Shown here piece by piece: positions 1 through 11,379 of a stretch of DNA of 64,000 bases (the first letter of the stretch is position 1; every line of letters begins with the position of its first letter). Location of the stretch: NCBI RefSeq assembly GCF_006345805.1, contig NC_042998.1, positions 193,502,001 to 193,566,000 of the forward strand, in the 5' to 3' direction. The notes beneath the pieces are model-generated. The model was not told where the DNA came from, searched no databases, and saw only the letters and a list, made by a program, of their open reading frames with translations. This DNA is from Octopus sinensis (lineage: Eukaryota). The translations under genes and the position numbers were made by a program.

Positions 1-345
1 TATGTATGCATGCATGCATGTATGTATGTATGTATGTATGTATGTATGCATGTATGCATGCATGTATGTATGTATGTATGTATGTATGTATGCATGCATG
101 CATGTATGTATGTATGTATGTATGTATTTATGTATGTATGTATGTATGCAGGTTTGTATGTATGTATGTATTAATGTATGTATGTATGTATGTATGTATT
201 TATGTATGTATGTATGTATGTATGTATGTATGTATGTATGTATGTATGTATGTATGTATGTATGTATGTATGTATGTATGCAGGTTTGTATGTATGTATG
301 TATGTATTAATGTATGTATGTATGTATGTATGTATGTATGTATGT
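1..345. repeat. (TATG)n microsatellite array with TGCA/TTAA interruptions, truncated by the window start
   Basis: Direct tetranucleotide periodicity. The ORFs MYVC.../HTYI... are read-throughs of it. Confidence 0.98.
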
Positions 346-557
346 TCGCATACATATTGGTTTAGTAAAACAAACATGTGAGTTAGAACTCATTACATGA
401 GTATATACTTTTAATTACTTTTAATCGGCAAAAAGTTATAAAAATGATTCAAGACATGAGAGCGTCGGCCATTACATCTATTACGCCATCCATTACGTCG
501 GCCATAGTGTCAATTTTGCAACTGTCAGCCAGTTACAATTTTACAAAATCCTATATG

Positions 558-596
<39 letters not shown>

Positions 597-612
597 CAAA
601 ACATTCAAACAC

Positions 613-1422
613 TGAGATTTGGATCAATAAGTACCGTGACTGTTGCCATAGTAACGAAGCTAGACAACACAGAGTGAAGCCGCTTGGGAAAGATTGATCT
701 TGAACTTTGCTGTGCATGCGCACTAAGGGATAACGTTCTACTTCACTTCCGCAGCTTACAGCAGTGCTTGGAAGAGAGGTGTGTAGCGTGTGATCGTCGC
801 ATTGACCATGACAAAGAAAGTTATCATGGCGATAACTGCTCAGAGGATTACGCAAAGTTGCAGAAAATGCATGGCGAGGAGTGTACGAGCTGGATATAAG
901 TGTCCGAGTAGGTCAGAGGCTTCCAGGATGACCTAAAAAATGTCGATATTGGCGAATGCTCTGTGAGACCTGCAACGATCAGAACTGAGGAAAACACTGC
1001 AGATGTGTGGAAAGCTGTGAGGGGGAAATCGTCGAATCACCATCCGTGAGTTATCAGAAGATGTGCAGATTATTTACGGTTCTGTTCAGTCCATTATCAC
1101 TGAAGATTTGGGTATGAAACGCCAAGTTTGTGCCAAAACTGCTTTCAGCTGACCAAAATGACACTCGGGTTTCAGTTGCACAAGATTTCCTTGATTGTGT
1201 CGAGAACTATGAACACTTTTTGAAAACTTTGCGTAGGCCTGAGCAGGTATCGCCAAACTTTTAGCAAAATTTGATGCAGATTCTCAACTCAGCTTTCCCT
1301 GTCATGGTCAATGCGACGATCCCACGTTACATGCCTTCCTTTCAACCACTACTGTAAACAGCAGAAGTGAGCTAGAACGTTAAAACTTAGTGCGCATGTA
1401 CAGCAGAGTTCAAGGTCAATCT
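613..1422 (+). mobile_element. Mariner-derived non-autonomous element with an inverted duplication of its own 5' end (5'/5' MITE)
   Basis: Mariner-like left TIR relic GAGATTTGGATCAATAAGTACCGTGACTG at ~614-642. Region 691-859 is the reverse complement of 1225-1422, and the right arm reads MTGKAELRICIKFC*KFGDTCS on the minus strand. The right end is truncated before a TIR. Confidence 0.8.
808..1224 (+). pseudogene. Mariner transposase N-terminal (HTH) fragment, frameshifted, no catalytic DD34D domain
   Basis: Translated pieces AKLQKMHGEECTS, RTEENTADVWKAVR, NRRITIRELSEDVQIIYGSVQSIITEDLGMKR, KFVPKLLSADQNDTRVSVAQDFLDCVEN match the mariner N-terminus up to the WVP/FVP linker motif. Confidence 0.88.
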
Positions 1423-1479
1423 GTTATACAATCGGATTGTTAGCTAATACTCTACTGCATTCTTTATGCGAAACCGATT

Positions 1480-1860
1480 GGTACGACCAGCGTAGTTGGA
1501 TATTTAATACTATACATTTCGGATAGTATACCAACTCGACTGATAGATACACGAGTGCCTCTTTTCCTTGACTTATAGTCTCTTAGATAACTATCATAAA
1601 ATAAAATACAAAACAAGACAAGAACGCAAAACATCCGAACAACTAAGTGATACAAAAGGGGACAACAAAACATCCAGATAGACGATACAAAAAAAACACG
1701 GACGGGTCATTCGAAGCCTTTTATCTTCAGTCAAGAACCAGATGATCCTCGCAATTTCGGCCGACTGATCTTGAGATTGCTCCAATCTGGCCAGCCCCAA
1801 GGAAAAACTAAGCTAAGAGCATTAGATTCCTTGGAAAAAATCAACGAATGTATACGAAAG
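1480..1860 (-). mobile_element. Possible Penelope-like terminal repeat fragment
   Basis: The minus strand has CTGAAGAT-AAAAGGCTT-CGAA followed by a T-rich tail, typical of PLE termini. The hammerhead is not completable, and the assignment rests on recall. Confidence 0.3.
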
Positions 1861-1893
<33 letters not shown>

Positions 1894-1915
1894 TGTATGT
1901 ATGTATGTATGTATG

Positions 1916-1964
<49 letters not shown>

Positions 1965-1967
<3 letters not shown>

Positions 1968-2168
1968 GGAGTAAACACATAAATGTGAAACAAGGTGGAA
2001 AAAAGAGTACTCAAATATCAGTCGTAGAGTAATATGCTTTATTTAAAGCAGCAGAAAATTCAACAAAACCTGTTACTCTGAGTTTCCCGTTGCCGTTCAT
2101 CGGACAGTTTTTAGCAACGGAAACTCAGAGTAAGAGGTTTTGTTGAATTTTCTGCTGCTTTAAATAAA
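1965..2168 (-). mobile_element. Penelope-like pseudo-LTR with a partial inverted copy
   Basis: 2039-2094 and 2114-2168 are reverse complements. It carries a hammerhead motif and is flanked by (TA)n. Confidence 0.65.
2065..2111 (-). ncRNA. Minimal type-I hammerhead ribozyme motif (C4 variant)
   Basis: Minus strand reads AAAACTGT-CCGATGA-A CG GCAA CG G-GAAAC TC A GA GTA|ACAGGTTTT. Stem I is CTGT/ACAG plus A4/T4, stem II is 2 bp with a GCAA loop, stem III is CTC/GAG, and the triplet is GUA. Confidence 0.55.
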
Positions 2169-2210
<42 letters not shown>

Positions 2211-2213
<3 letters not shown>

Positions 2214-3319
2214 TCTATACATAATATATAATATATTGCTATAGATACAGAGATATATACACGTATATATACATATGCATATATTCTTTTCCTTAATTGC
2301 ATGTCAGTTTTGGAGAGCTCTTGCTATTTCAGATTGTCGCCTTTTCCCAATCAGAGATGCTACATTAGCCAGCAAGAGTTGGCCTGTTTTCTGAAGAAGC
2401 ATAAATAATTTCAACAATTCAAGAAAATAGTTTGTACGCTATTCAGTATATACTCTTCGCCTTTTTGGTTTAGAAACAAGTCACCGGCAACGACTCAGAG
2501 AAAAAAAATCCTCTTAGCTCCTTCTCGTCTTATTTATGCAATTTTCTTAAGCTGTAAACATATTGTATTCAATTTTGCTTATGCCGCAGTGTCTTGTCTG
2601 CTGAAGATAAGGTAGCTTAATTGTTATGCTGATTGATGCATATTACACACAGACAAATGTCCTCGGCTGTTCACTTGCTTTCAGACTACCACACTGTCTT
2701 TTCTGTAAGGGTTCTTCGATGTTGGAGAATTATTGGCTCTGGAGATTATCTAACGTTCTCACTTGGAGTTGATGCCATTAGCCACCATACAATACCAAAT
2801 GAAAATGGTAATAATGTCAATAACTTAATAATTTATATTGTATTATACTTCGTGTACCAGTATGGTACTTTTGTTCATTTTTTTCAAATGCAAGCCTCTG
2901 GCTACGCATTTGTTCCGCATAACCTATTTTTGCTTCTTCTATAAAGATATACATACGTGTATGTGTCTGTGTGTTTATATAAACATATATATCATGTGCC
3001 CCAGCATGGCCACAGCCTTAAGGCTGAAACTTATAAAGGAATAAAAGAACATATCTATTTCTTCATAAATGTTTATATAATATATATAATATATTATTTT
3101 CAATATTTGGCACAAGGCCATTAACTTCGGGGAAGGACAGGTCCATTAGACCGACCCCAAAGCACAACTGGTACTGATTTTATCGATAGCGAAAAAATGA
3201 AAGAAAAAATCGACCTCAAAGAAATTTGATGTCAGAATGAAAAGACGGACAAAATATCGCTAAGTATTCTGTCCGGCGTGCTAACAGTCCTGACAGCTGA
3301 CCGTCTAAATACAAATGTT

Positions 3320-3397
<78 letters not shown>

Positions 3398-4504
3398 TCT
3401 ATACATAATATATAATATATTGCTATAGATACAGAGATATATACACGTATATATACATATGCATATATTCTTTTCCTTAATTGCATGTCAATTTTGGAGA
3501 GCTCTTGCTATTTCAGATTGTCGCCTTTTCCCAATCAGAGATGCTACATTAGCCAGCAAGAGTTGGCCTGTTTTCTGAAGAAGCATAAATAATTTCAACA
3601 ATTCAAGAAAATAGTTTGTACGCTATTCAGTATATACTCTTCGCCTTTTTGGTTTAGAAACAAGTCACCGGCAACGACTCAGAGAAAAAAAATCCTCTTA
3701 GCTCCTTCTCGTCTTATTTATGCAATTTTCTTAAGCTGTAAACATATTGTATTCAATTTTGCTTATGCCGCAGTGTCTTGTCTGCTGAAGATAAGGTAGC
3801 TTAATTGTTATGCTGATTGATGCATATTTACACACAGACAAATGTCCTCGGCTGTTCACTTGCTTTCAGACTACCACACTGTCTTTTCTGTAAGGGTTCT
3901 TCGATGTTGGAGAATTATTGGCTCTGGAGATTATCTAACGTTCTCACTTGGAGTTGATGCCATTAGCCACCATACAATACCAAATGAAAATGGTAATAAT
4001 GTCAATAACTTAATAATTTATATTGTATTATACTTCGTGTACCAGTATGGTACTTTTGTTCATTTTTTTCAAATGCAAGCCTCTGGCTACGCATTTGTTC
4101 CGCATAACCTATTTTTGCTTCTTCTATAAAGATATACATACGTGTATGTGTCTGTGTGTTTATATAAACATATATATCATGTGCCCCAGCATGGCCACAG
4201 CCTTAAGGCTGAAACTTATAAAGGAATAAAAGAACATATCTATTTCTTCATAAATGTTTATATAATATATATAATATATTATTTTCAATATTTGGCACAA
4301 GGCCATTAACTTCGGGGAAGGACAGGTCCATTAGACCGACCCCAAAGCACAACTGGTACTGATTTTATCGATAGCGAAAAAATGAAAGAAAAAATCGACC
4401 TCAAAGAAATTTGATGTCAGAATGAAAAGACGGACAAAATATCGCTAAGTATTCTGTCCGGCGTGCTAACAGTCCTGACAGCTGACCGTCTAAATACAAA
4501 TGTT

Positions 4505-4520
<16 letters not shown>
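2211..4520. repeat. Near-identical ~1.18-kb tandem duplication (2211-3333 / 3395-4520) bounded by (TA)n
   Basis: Offset is 1184-1185 throughout. At the positions I checked, the only differences outside microsatellites were one G/A substitution and one 1-nt indel. Confidence 0.95.
3105..3306 (-). mobile_element. Degenerate SINE-B-type copy (duplicated at ~4290-4491)
   Basis: CAACTGGTACT...ATCGA...GAAAAAATCGACCTC...GAAATTTGA...GGCGTGCTAAC aligns to the intact SINE-B copies. Confidence 0.7.
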
Positions 4521-4586
<66 letters not shown>

Positions 4587-4786
4587 ATTTATGTATGCAT
4601 GTATGCATGTATGTATGTATATAGATATATATTTAATACTTTTTGATAGTTATATATAATTATATAAAAAAAAAGAAAAATTATAAATATAAATATAAAT
4701 TAATAATTTTAAATTTAAATAATTTAAATTTTAAATTTTATATTTTATATATTTTGTAAATTATATTAATTATTTTTATTTTTATG

Positions 4787-4843
4787 TTTTGGTTTATGTT
4801 TTTCACTGTTTGATTTGCCTAATAGTGGTTTTATCTCTAATTT
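4787..4843. mobile_element. Fragment of the PLE terminus seen at 21201-21290 / 21721-21810
   Basis: TTTGGTTTATGT..TCACTGTTTGA.TTGC.TAATAGTGGTTTTATCTCTAATT matches the 21.7-kb arm. Confidence 0.7.
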
Positions 4844-4869
4844 AATTTATATATATATATATATATATA

Positions 4870-5275
4870 GGCGCAGGAGTGGCTGTGTGGTAAGTAGCTT
4901 GCTAACCAACCACATGGTTCCGGATTCAGTCCCACTGCGTGGCATCTTGGGCAAGTGTCTTCTGCTATAGCCCCGGGCCGACCAATGCCTTGTGAGTGGA
5001 TTTGGTAGACGGAAACTGAAAGAAGCCTGTCGTATATATGTATATGTATATATATATGTGTGTGTTTGTGTGTCTGTGTTTGTCCCCCTAGCATTGCTTG
5101 ACAACCGATGCTGGTGTGTTTACGTCCCCGTCACTTAGCGGTTCGGCAAAAAAGAGACCGATAGAATAAGTGCTGGGCTTACAAAGAATAAGTCCCGGGG
5201 TCGATTTGCTCGACTAAAGGCGGTGCTCCAGCATGGCCGCAGTCAAATGACTGAAACAAGTAAAAGAGTAAAGAG
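4870..5275 (+). mobile_element. SINE-A: tRNA-derived SINE with internal (TA)/(TG) microsatellite, full length
   Basis: Head GGCGCAGGAGTGGCTGTGTGG..GGATTCAGTCCC (A/B boxes), CTTGGGCAAGTG motif and (AAAGAGT)n tail. Five more copies occur in the window. Probably one of the published octopus OK/OR1/OR2 families, name not assigned. Confidence 0.92.
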
Positions 5276-5621
5276 TATATATACATATATATATATATAT
5301 GGAAAGAAAAATAAAGGTAGAAAAGGCTAAAATAATTTTATAAAAAACGTTTCAGTCGTTGAGACTTTTTCAACTGTAAGTATGGAAAACAATTAAATTC
5401 TGGAAAAATTAATAGAAAGGTTTTTAAAAGAATATTTGTATAGTATTCAAATACAAGGGGCATTTTCCTTGTTTCTACCTGTCTCTGTCTCTCTCTCTCT
5501 CTTGTTTACTTTTGTGGGTTCGAGGTCGTTGTGAATTCTTGGCAGGGAAGAAGAAGGACGAAAGGGAAAGTCGACTTTAGCCGAATTTGAACTCAGAATA
5601 AAAAGATGGATGAAATACCGC

Positions 5622-5883
5622 AAAAAGAAGAAGAAGAAGAAGAAGAAGAAGAAGAAGAAGAAGAAGAAGGAGGAAGAGGAAGAGGAAGAAGAAAGAGGAA
5701 GAGGAGGAGGAGGAGGAGGAGGAGGAGGAAGAGGAAGAAGAAAGAGGAAGAGGAAGAGGAGGAGGAGGAAGAGGAAGAAGAAAGAGGAAGAGGAGGAGGA
5801 GGAGGAAGAGGAAGAAGAAAGAGGAAGAGGAGGAGGAGGAGGAGGAGGAAGAGGAAGAAGAAAGAGGAAGAGGAGGAGGAGGG
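5622..5883 (+). repeat. 262-nt pure polypurine (GAA/GAG) tract with ~40-bp higher-order units
   Basis: No pyrimidine on the + strand across the interval. The unit GGAAGAGGAAGAAGAAAGAGGAAGAGG recurs five times. Confidence 0.95.
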
Positions 5884-6060
5884 CGGGAGTGCAGGTGGTA
5901 TGATAGTAGTAGGATGCTAAATGGCCAAGTCACCTAAAAGTGGATCGTTATGAATTATAGCAGTGATTGTGACTGTTTTTAATGAAATCTTAGGAATCTC
6001 TTGAGTGTATCATTTTTAATATTTGCGTGTGTGTTTATGTTATTCCAAGGCCGTGGTTGA

Positions 6061-8016
6061 TGTGTCATTTGTTGTAGATACATCCAAAAGGGGTCTGTAT
6101 TTTGTAATAAAGAGAGTGGCTATATAAAGACCACAGCTCAGATAGAGTGACAAAAAACAAGAATTTATCCACTCCTATGCTCTCATCAGACCTCACTTTA
6201 GCACACTAGACACCATCTTTGCACAGAAACTCAAAAAGGATGACAAGGATGGAGACCCTGATGTGAGTGACAGATGTTCCCCTGGCCCCACCGATCCACA
6301 AGGGAACACACCTGAAACAAAACAAAAATCGAGAGACCTGCCAAGGAAGAAGACACCAGCAATATCAACATCTAAAAGTGCGAAAGAACCAATAAACGGC
6401 TTAAAAATAAAGATAAGGGAAGAAAAAGGATGACAACAGAAGTAAAACTGAAGCAAAAAAAAAAACAACATAAAGCGCAAAGGTCAGACAATCAGTGTGC
6501 AAAGCCAAATGCAGTTAGGAAGCGCACACAAGTGTGTAAATTCTTCCTGTGTGGTGACTGCTGTTATGGACATGATGGTGCAAACTGCCGCTTCCTGCAT
6601 CCAAGACCATACAACAGGCAGACCAAAATCAAAAGCCTCTCTCCAAAAGACACAGGAAGACTCTAAAAAGGAAAAAGTCGTGCATCACCTGCATTAAAGC
6701 TGAAATATCCCGATGTAGTGCGCATTGCCTCTAAAAACAAGCCAACCCAGAAGCCGCCATACGGGTTGCAGCTAAGCAACAATCGTTTCTATGCATGACT
6801 CAAAAGATTGTGCAACAATTAACCCGGCTTCATCAATTCCAGAATGAAGCCATCCCAACCAACACACAAGAGTGCCACAACCAATAGATCCAGGGTGCCC
6901 ACCACTGGCATCAACACAGAGGTCACACCAATATACTTCGTAAATGCAAGACGATTGTACAACTCAGTAACAGAACAAAAATTACCTTCCTGAGATATCT
7001 AGTGCGATGCAATCAAATCAAGCCTTATGCATAGTACTCAATGAAACGCACTTAAAACCCGACATCGTAGTTTCAGAAATATTCATACCAAAGTACGTGG
7101 TATTGTGAAGCGATACAAAAGACAGGAGCCATGGTAGAGTTGCAATGTACATCCGTGATGATCTCACGCCCCAGATCCTTCTGTCACACTCAAACTCAGT
7201 GTGTGACACAGTAATTGTACATATAAGACAACTCGAAATAGTTATATGTACTACATATCGCCCAACTGATGCCCCAAATCAGACAGGCCGATTCGAAGAC
7301 TGCCTTGCAAGAATAAAAGCGGGCTTAACCAAAATAGAAGAGCACATCAATATACTTCTCTTGGGAGACTTTAACCTACCCAATGGGAAATGCCCCAAAG
7401 CCTCTTCCTCTCAGGAATGACGCGATGTGAGCAAATTCAAGTGGAATTCCTGTTCAACCTTACCAGCAATTTGTAAATGGAGCAAATAATACTCCAACAA
7501 ACCAGGGTAAGCAATATACTTGATCTCTGCTTCACAAACAATGTGGATCTCATCCATAATGTGAAAGTGACACCGACGCTACTCTCGGATCACAACATTA
7601 TAGAGCTGGCCATGTATGGACCAAAGAAATCCACAAACATACCGCCTATGAGAAGCACTCAAAACCTATCCAATCTGAACTATCACAAAGCAGACTGGAA
7701 ATCAATTGAGAAAGAGATCACCAAACGGGACTTGTCCCATTGTCTCTCTACACCTGACATAGATATGAAATTAAAAACTTTCATGTTCGTAATGCAAGCT
7801 ATATGCTCCAATTATGTCCCAGTGAGAAGGGCCAGTTTACATAAGAACAAGATTCTCGGGAAGAGGAAAGTTCTTATGAGACGGTGTATAAGGATTTCAG
7901 AGATTCTTCGTAAGTGGTAAGCTCTCAGACAAACTGAAGGAGGGAATAATATGCTTTGTCCATAGAGGAAGAAGCTCAGAGCAGATGCTAAAAACTATAG
8001 GCCTATCTTTTTGACT
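6061..8016 (+). pseudogene. CR1-group LINE relic: PHD-like finger, CCCH finger, APE endonuclease, internal deletion, start of RT
   Basis: CVICCRYIQKGSVFC (6061); CKFFLCGDCCYGHDGANCRFLH; IYFVNARRL; ICTTYRP; ILLLGDFNLP; TRVSNILDLCFTNN; LSDHNIIEL; then KEGII..H....RADAKNYRPIFLT at ~7935-8016. Multiple stops and frameshifts. Confidence 0.9.
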
Positions 8017-8620
8017 TAAAAATTCATAAAAATACGGGATTGTTTTAGCTAGAACACTTTGGATCAAAGGTTTGTCCAGCCAGGGTAGACCTAAAGCGAA
8101 ACAACAATAACGACGCTAATAAGATCAACATCAGCCATGGACTGAAATAAGGCCAACTTCCTAACAAACAATGTAACACTTGGTTCACTATTTTTGTAAC
8201 AAAGTAATATCCTAAAATCGAATTGTTGTGTTAACTGAAGACATTGGAATGAGAAATCCCACTCACGTTATTTTGATAATACCATGACTATTGAAACGTG
8301 ACATTTTGATCATTTCAGACGATCAAACCGTGTTGCAAATATCAGCTTAATTCAATTTACAGAAATTGTTTTATGCCACTTTTTCATCAAAGAAACAATT
8401 GGTTTCCCGGTAGAATCTACCTGATAAAAAGGAGATTCTTCGCGACTGTTGAAAACCTTGGAAATTACATCTTCTATATGACGACGCTTCAGAGGAATCC
8501 TAAGAGACAAAGGTATACCAACTGAAATTTATGGTCACTGATGGAATGTGTATGCGACAATTGCGGTGAATATATTTTATTCCGTCACTTTTAATAGATC
8601 ACACATTTGACATAAATTTT

Positions 8621-8705
8621 GGAGGATCACCTCATACAGAGGATCATCTCATACAGGGGATTACCTCATACGCAGGATCATCTTATACGGAGGATCACCT
8701 CAAAA
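8621..8705. repeat. Minisatellite, 5 x 17 bp (GGAGGATCACCTCATAC)
   Basis: Units start at 8621, 8638, 8655, 8672 and 8689, each with 0-3 mismatches. Confidence 0.9.
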
Positions 8706-8868
8706 GGAACTACCCATTTCATAAAGTAGGTCCGCAGAAAGTATAATTGAATAAAGCTCAATTAGGGAAGAAGCGGAGCAAATATAAAATTTGTGAAAGC
8801 TAAGGAAAGTGGAATATATGACAATACAATATTTAGGAATTACAAATAAAAGATTACTTCGTAATTTG

Positions 8869-9133
8869 TTGTGTCTGGGGAGAGTAATTTTCTTTTTGTG
8901 CCTTATAATATAACACACTCACCGGTAAAATTTCCACTTATTTCTTATTTTTATTTTCCTAAAATTTTCGTTACGTCTTGCAACCTTTTCAGTAGTTTTG
9001 AGTCAAAACTATCGAAAACGTTGCAAGGTGCAACGAAAATTTTAGGAAAATAACAAAGAAATAAGTGGAAATTTTACCGGTGAGTGTGTTAAATTATAAG
9101 GCACCAAAAGAGAATGACTCTCCTCAGACGCAA
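8869..9133. mobile_element. Spacer-less fold-back (palindromic) element, ~130-bp arms
   Basis: TTGTGTCTGGGGAGAG..CACTCACCGGTAAAATTTCCACTTATTTC..AAAATTTTCGTT..TAGTTTTGA|G|TCAAAACTA..AACGAAAATTTT..GAAATAAGTGGAAATTTTACCGGTGAGTG..CTCTCCTCAGACGCAA. Class not determined. Confidence 0.85.
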
Positions 9134-9228
9134 TAGAATATGCTTCAACACACGAACTCACACACAAAAAATCTTGCAAACCAAATCCCAAAAGCAAAAT
9201 ATTACTTCGTAAATAAACGTCATTTATA

Positions 9229-9453
9229 GCGGCCATGCTGGAACACCGCCTTTAGTCGAACAAATCGACCCCAGGACTTAATTTTTGTAAGCCTAGTACT
9301 TATTCTATCGGTCTCTTGCCGAACCGCTAAGTTACAGGGACGTAAACACAACAACATCGGCTGTCAAGCGATGGTGGAGGACAAATACAGACACATAAAC
9401 ATACACACACACACACATACATATATATATGTGTGTGTGTATGTTTGTATATA

Positions 9454-9495
<42 letters not shown>

Positions 9496-9637
9496 GAAGG
9501 GCTTCTTTCAGTTTCTGTCTACCAAATCCACCCACAAGGCTTTGGTCAGGCCGGCTATAGTAGAAGACATTTGCACAAGGTGCCACCAATGGGACTGAAC
9601 CATTGGTTGGTAAGCAAGCTGCTTACCACACAGCCAC
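9229..9637 (-). mobile_element. SINE-A copy, 3' tail missing, long internal (TA)n
   Basis: Reverse complement of 4870-5240. Confidence 0.9.
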
Positions 9638-10612
9638 CGGGTATATCTAACATTCGACAACTTAGAACTATATTTTGAATCAATGTTATGTCAAAGGATT
9701 TATTCTCCCAAATAAACAAAAAGTAACCAAATATTAGATACCTTAATACAATGCATATAAGGTACTAAATAAAATATATAAATGCGTGATAATTTAAGTA
9801 AGTAGTTTGTCATGTGATTTTGTTATTGTGAACAGTTCTGCCTTATTAACTAATGAGTTTTGGGCTTTGCTAGAACCATTTTAAGGGAAACTAGTGTTTT
9901 CAAGTCTACTATTCTTTAATTGAAGTTAAGCTTTGTACCGTGAACAAGCATGCTACATTTGATTTATGATAGTTCAAAAAGCATTCAAATCATGCATACT
10001 TCGCTCAACCATCCAATCCAATTCTTCCTCCTTAACGAGAGCTTATACGATTTATAGAACATATCCATTCACTCGGGAATGTCGTATAGCAAAGCATTTA
10101 TTTCTATTACTGATGAAGTGACAAGATATATTTATAAGTCAAAGGATTGCACATTTACTATATGCAAGCCAAACTATACAAGCATGCTTAATTTGCTTAA
10201 TCTTATGAAACCAATCTTATGAATTGTTCATTTCAAAATCTGTAATATAAAGTAATACATAACGGATTCAAATACATACAAAATTGAAAATTCTATTGAA
10301 GGATTTTAATTTTCTAAATGGAGATATTTCAAATAAATAAATATTTTCAGCCAGTTTATGATTAAATTTAACATATATTCGACAAAATTAACCTTATTGA
10401 TATAATTTGGTTCATAATTGTTTCATAATGAGAAAATTCGATTGATTGATTGATAATTGTTCAGCTTTAATGTTGCATCATGCAATAAAGATGGTTTCTC
10501 AAGATGATCTATGAACAAGCAAAGTAGTTGAGAATTCCTCATCCCTTAACGTAATTCTTAAGTAGAATCAGGGTGACGCAAGTGTAACACAATTGAACCG
10601 ACGAGTCTCAGT

Positions 10613-10745
10613 ACAGTTTCTGTCTACCCAGCTTCACCCACAAAACTTGGATCGACCCGAAGATATGGTAAATGCGTTTGCTCAATATGTGGGATCGAAA
10701 CCGAGACTTCATGACCGTGAAGCAAACATTTTAACTGCTGAGCCT
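10613..10745 (-). mobile_element. Old degenerate SINE head fragment (SINE-A-related)
   Basis: CAGTTTCTGTCTACCCAG..TCACCCACAA...GGGATCGAAACCG..AC..CATGA...AAC...CTGAGCC. Confidence 0.5.
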
Positions 10746-11308
10746 TACAACTCAGACCACAAATTACGCAATAATTATGAATTAAAAGCATTATCTGAGT
10801 ATCCAGTATCAAACGGGATGAATCAAGTAAATGCATTGCTTATCTCTGTATTAATATACTTAAATCTTAAATCTTGCTGGTTCCAATTTCTTTAGGGAAG
10901 CATTTCTAATCCCATCTATGGTAATCCCAGCTATTCTCAGATACTGGCCTTTTATCGGAATTATATCCTTTATTTCAAGAATGCTGTTGTATATAATAGC
11001 ATACTACTAAAACTTTTGCACACACATATAGGTATGCATGTACATAGGTAAGTGTATGTGCGCATGCATATATGTGAGCATGTGTAGGGGAGTGTATGCA
11101 TGTGTAATAGTAGTAGTAGTAGTAGTAGTAGTAGGTGAGATGTATGTCTATATATATATATACATATACAATTGCAGCCTGGAATGTGTTTATAAGCCAT
11201 TTAAGAAACACATAAAACCGTTAGATTCACTTCAACATATAAATTTAATTTGTCAAAATATTTTCGTCGCTTTGAGACCGTGACCTGTTCATTGACAAAG
11301 CTTCGTGC

Positions 11309-11379
<71 letters not shown>

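Noticed and set aside
2-381. Long ORFs such as MYVCMYVC / HTYIHTYI (also at 14.3-15.1, 52.7-53.1, 55.0-55.5, 58.2-58.7 and 60.7-61.5 kb)
   Set aside because: Translations of stop-free tetranucleotide microsatellites in all frames, with no protein-like complexity.
5342-5377. Hammerhead with U3-A8 covariation (TTGAAAA-AGTC..GACT-GAAACGTT, minus strand)
   Set aside because: Stem I cannot pair. Counted only as a relic.
5577-5933. Poly-E/K/R/G ORFs resembling an acidic or basic low-complexity protein
   Set aside because: Read-through of the polypurine tract, with no splice signals or unique coding flanks.
8621-8705. CRISPR-like array
   Set aside because: Contiguous tandem units without unique spacers, no cas genes, and a eukaryotic context.
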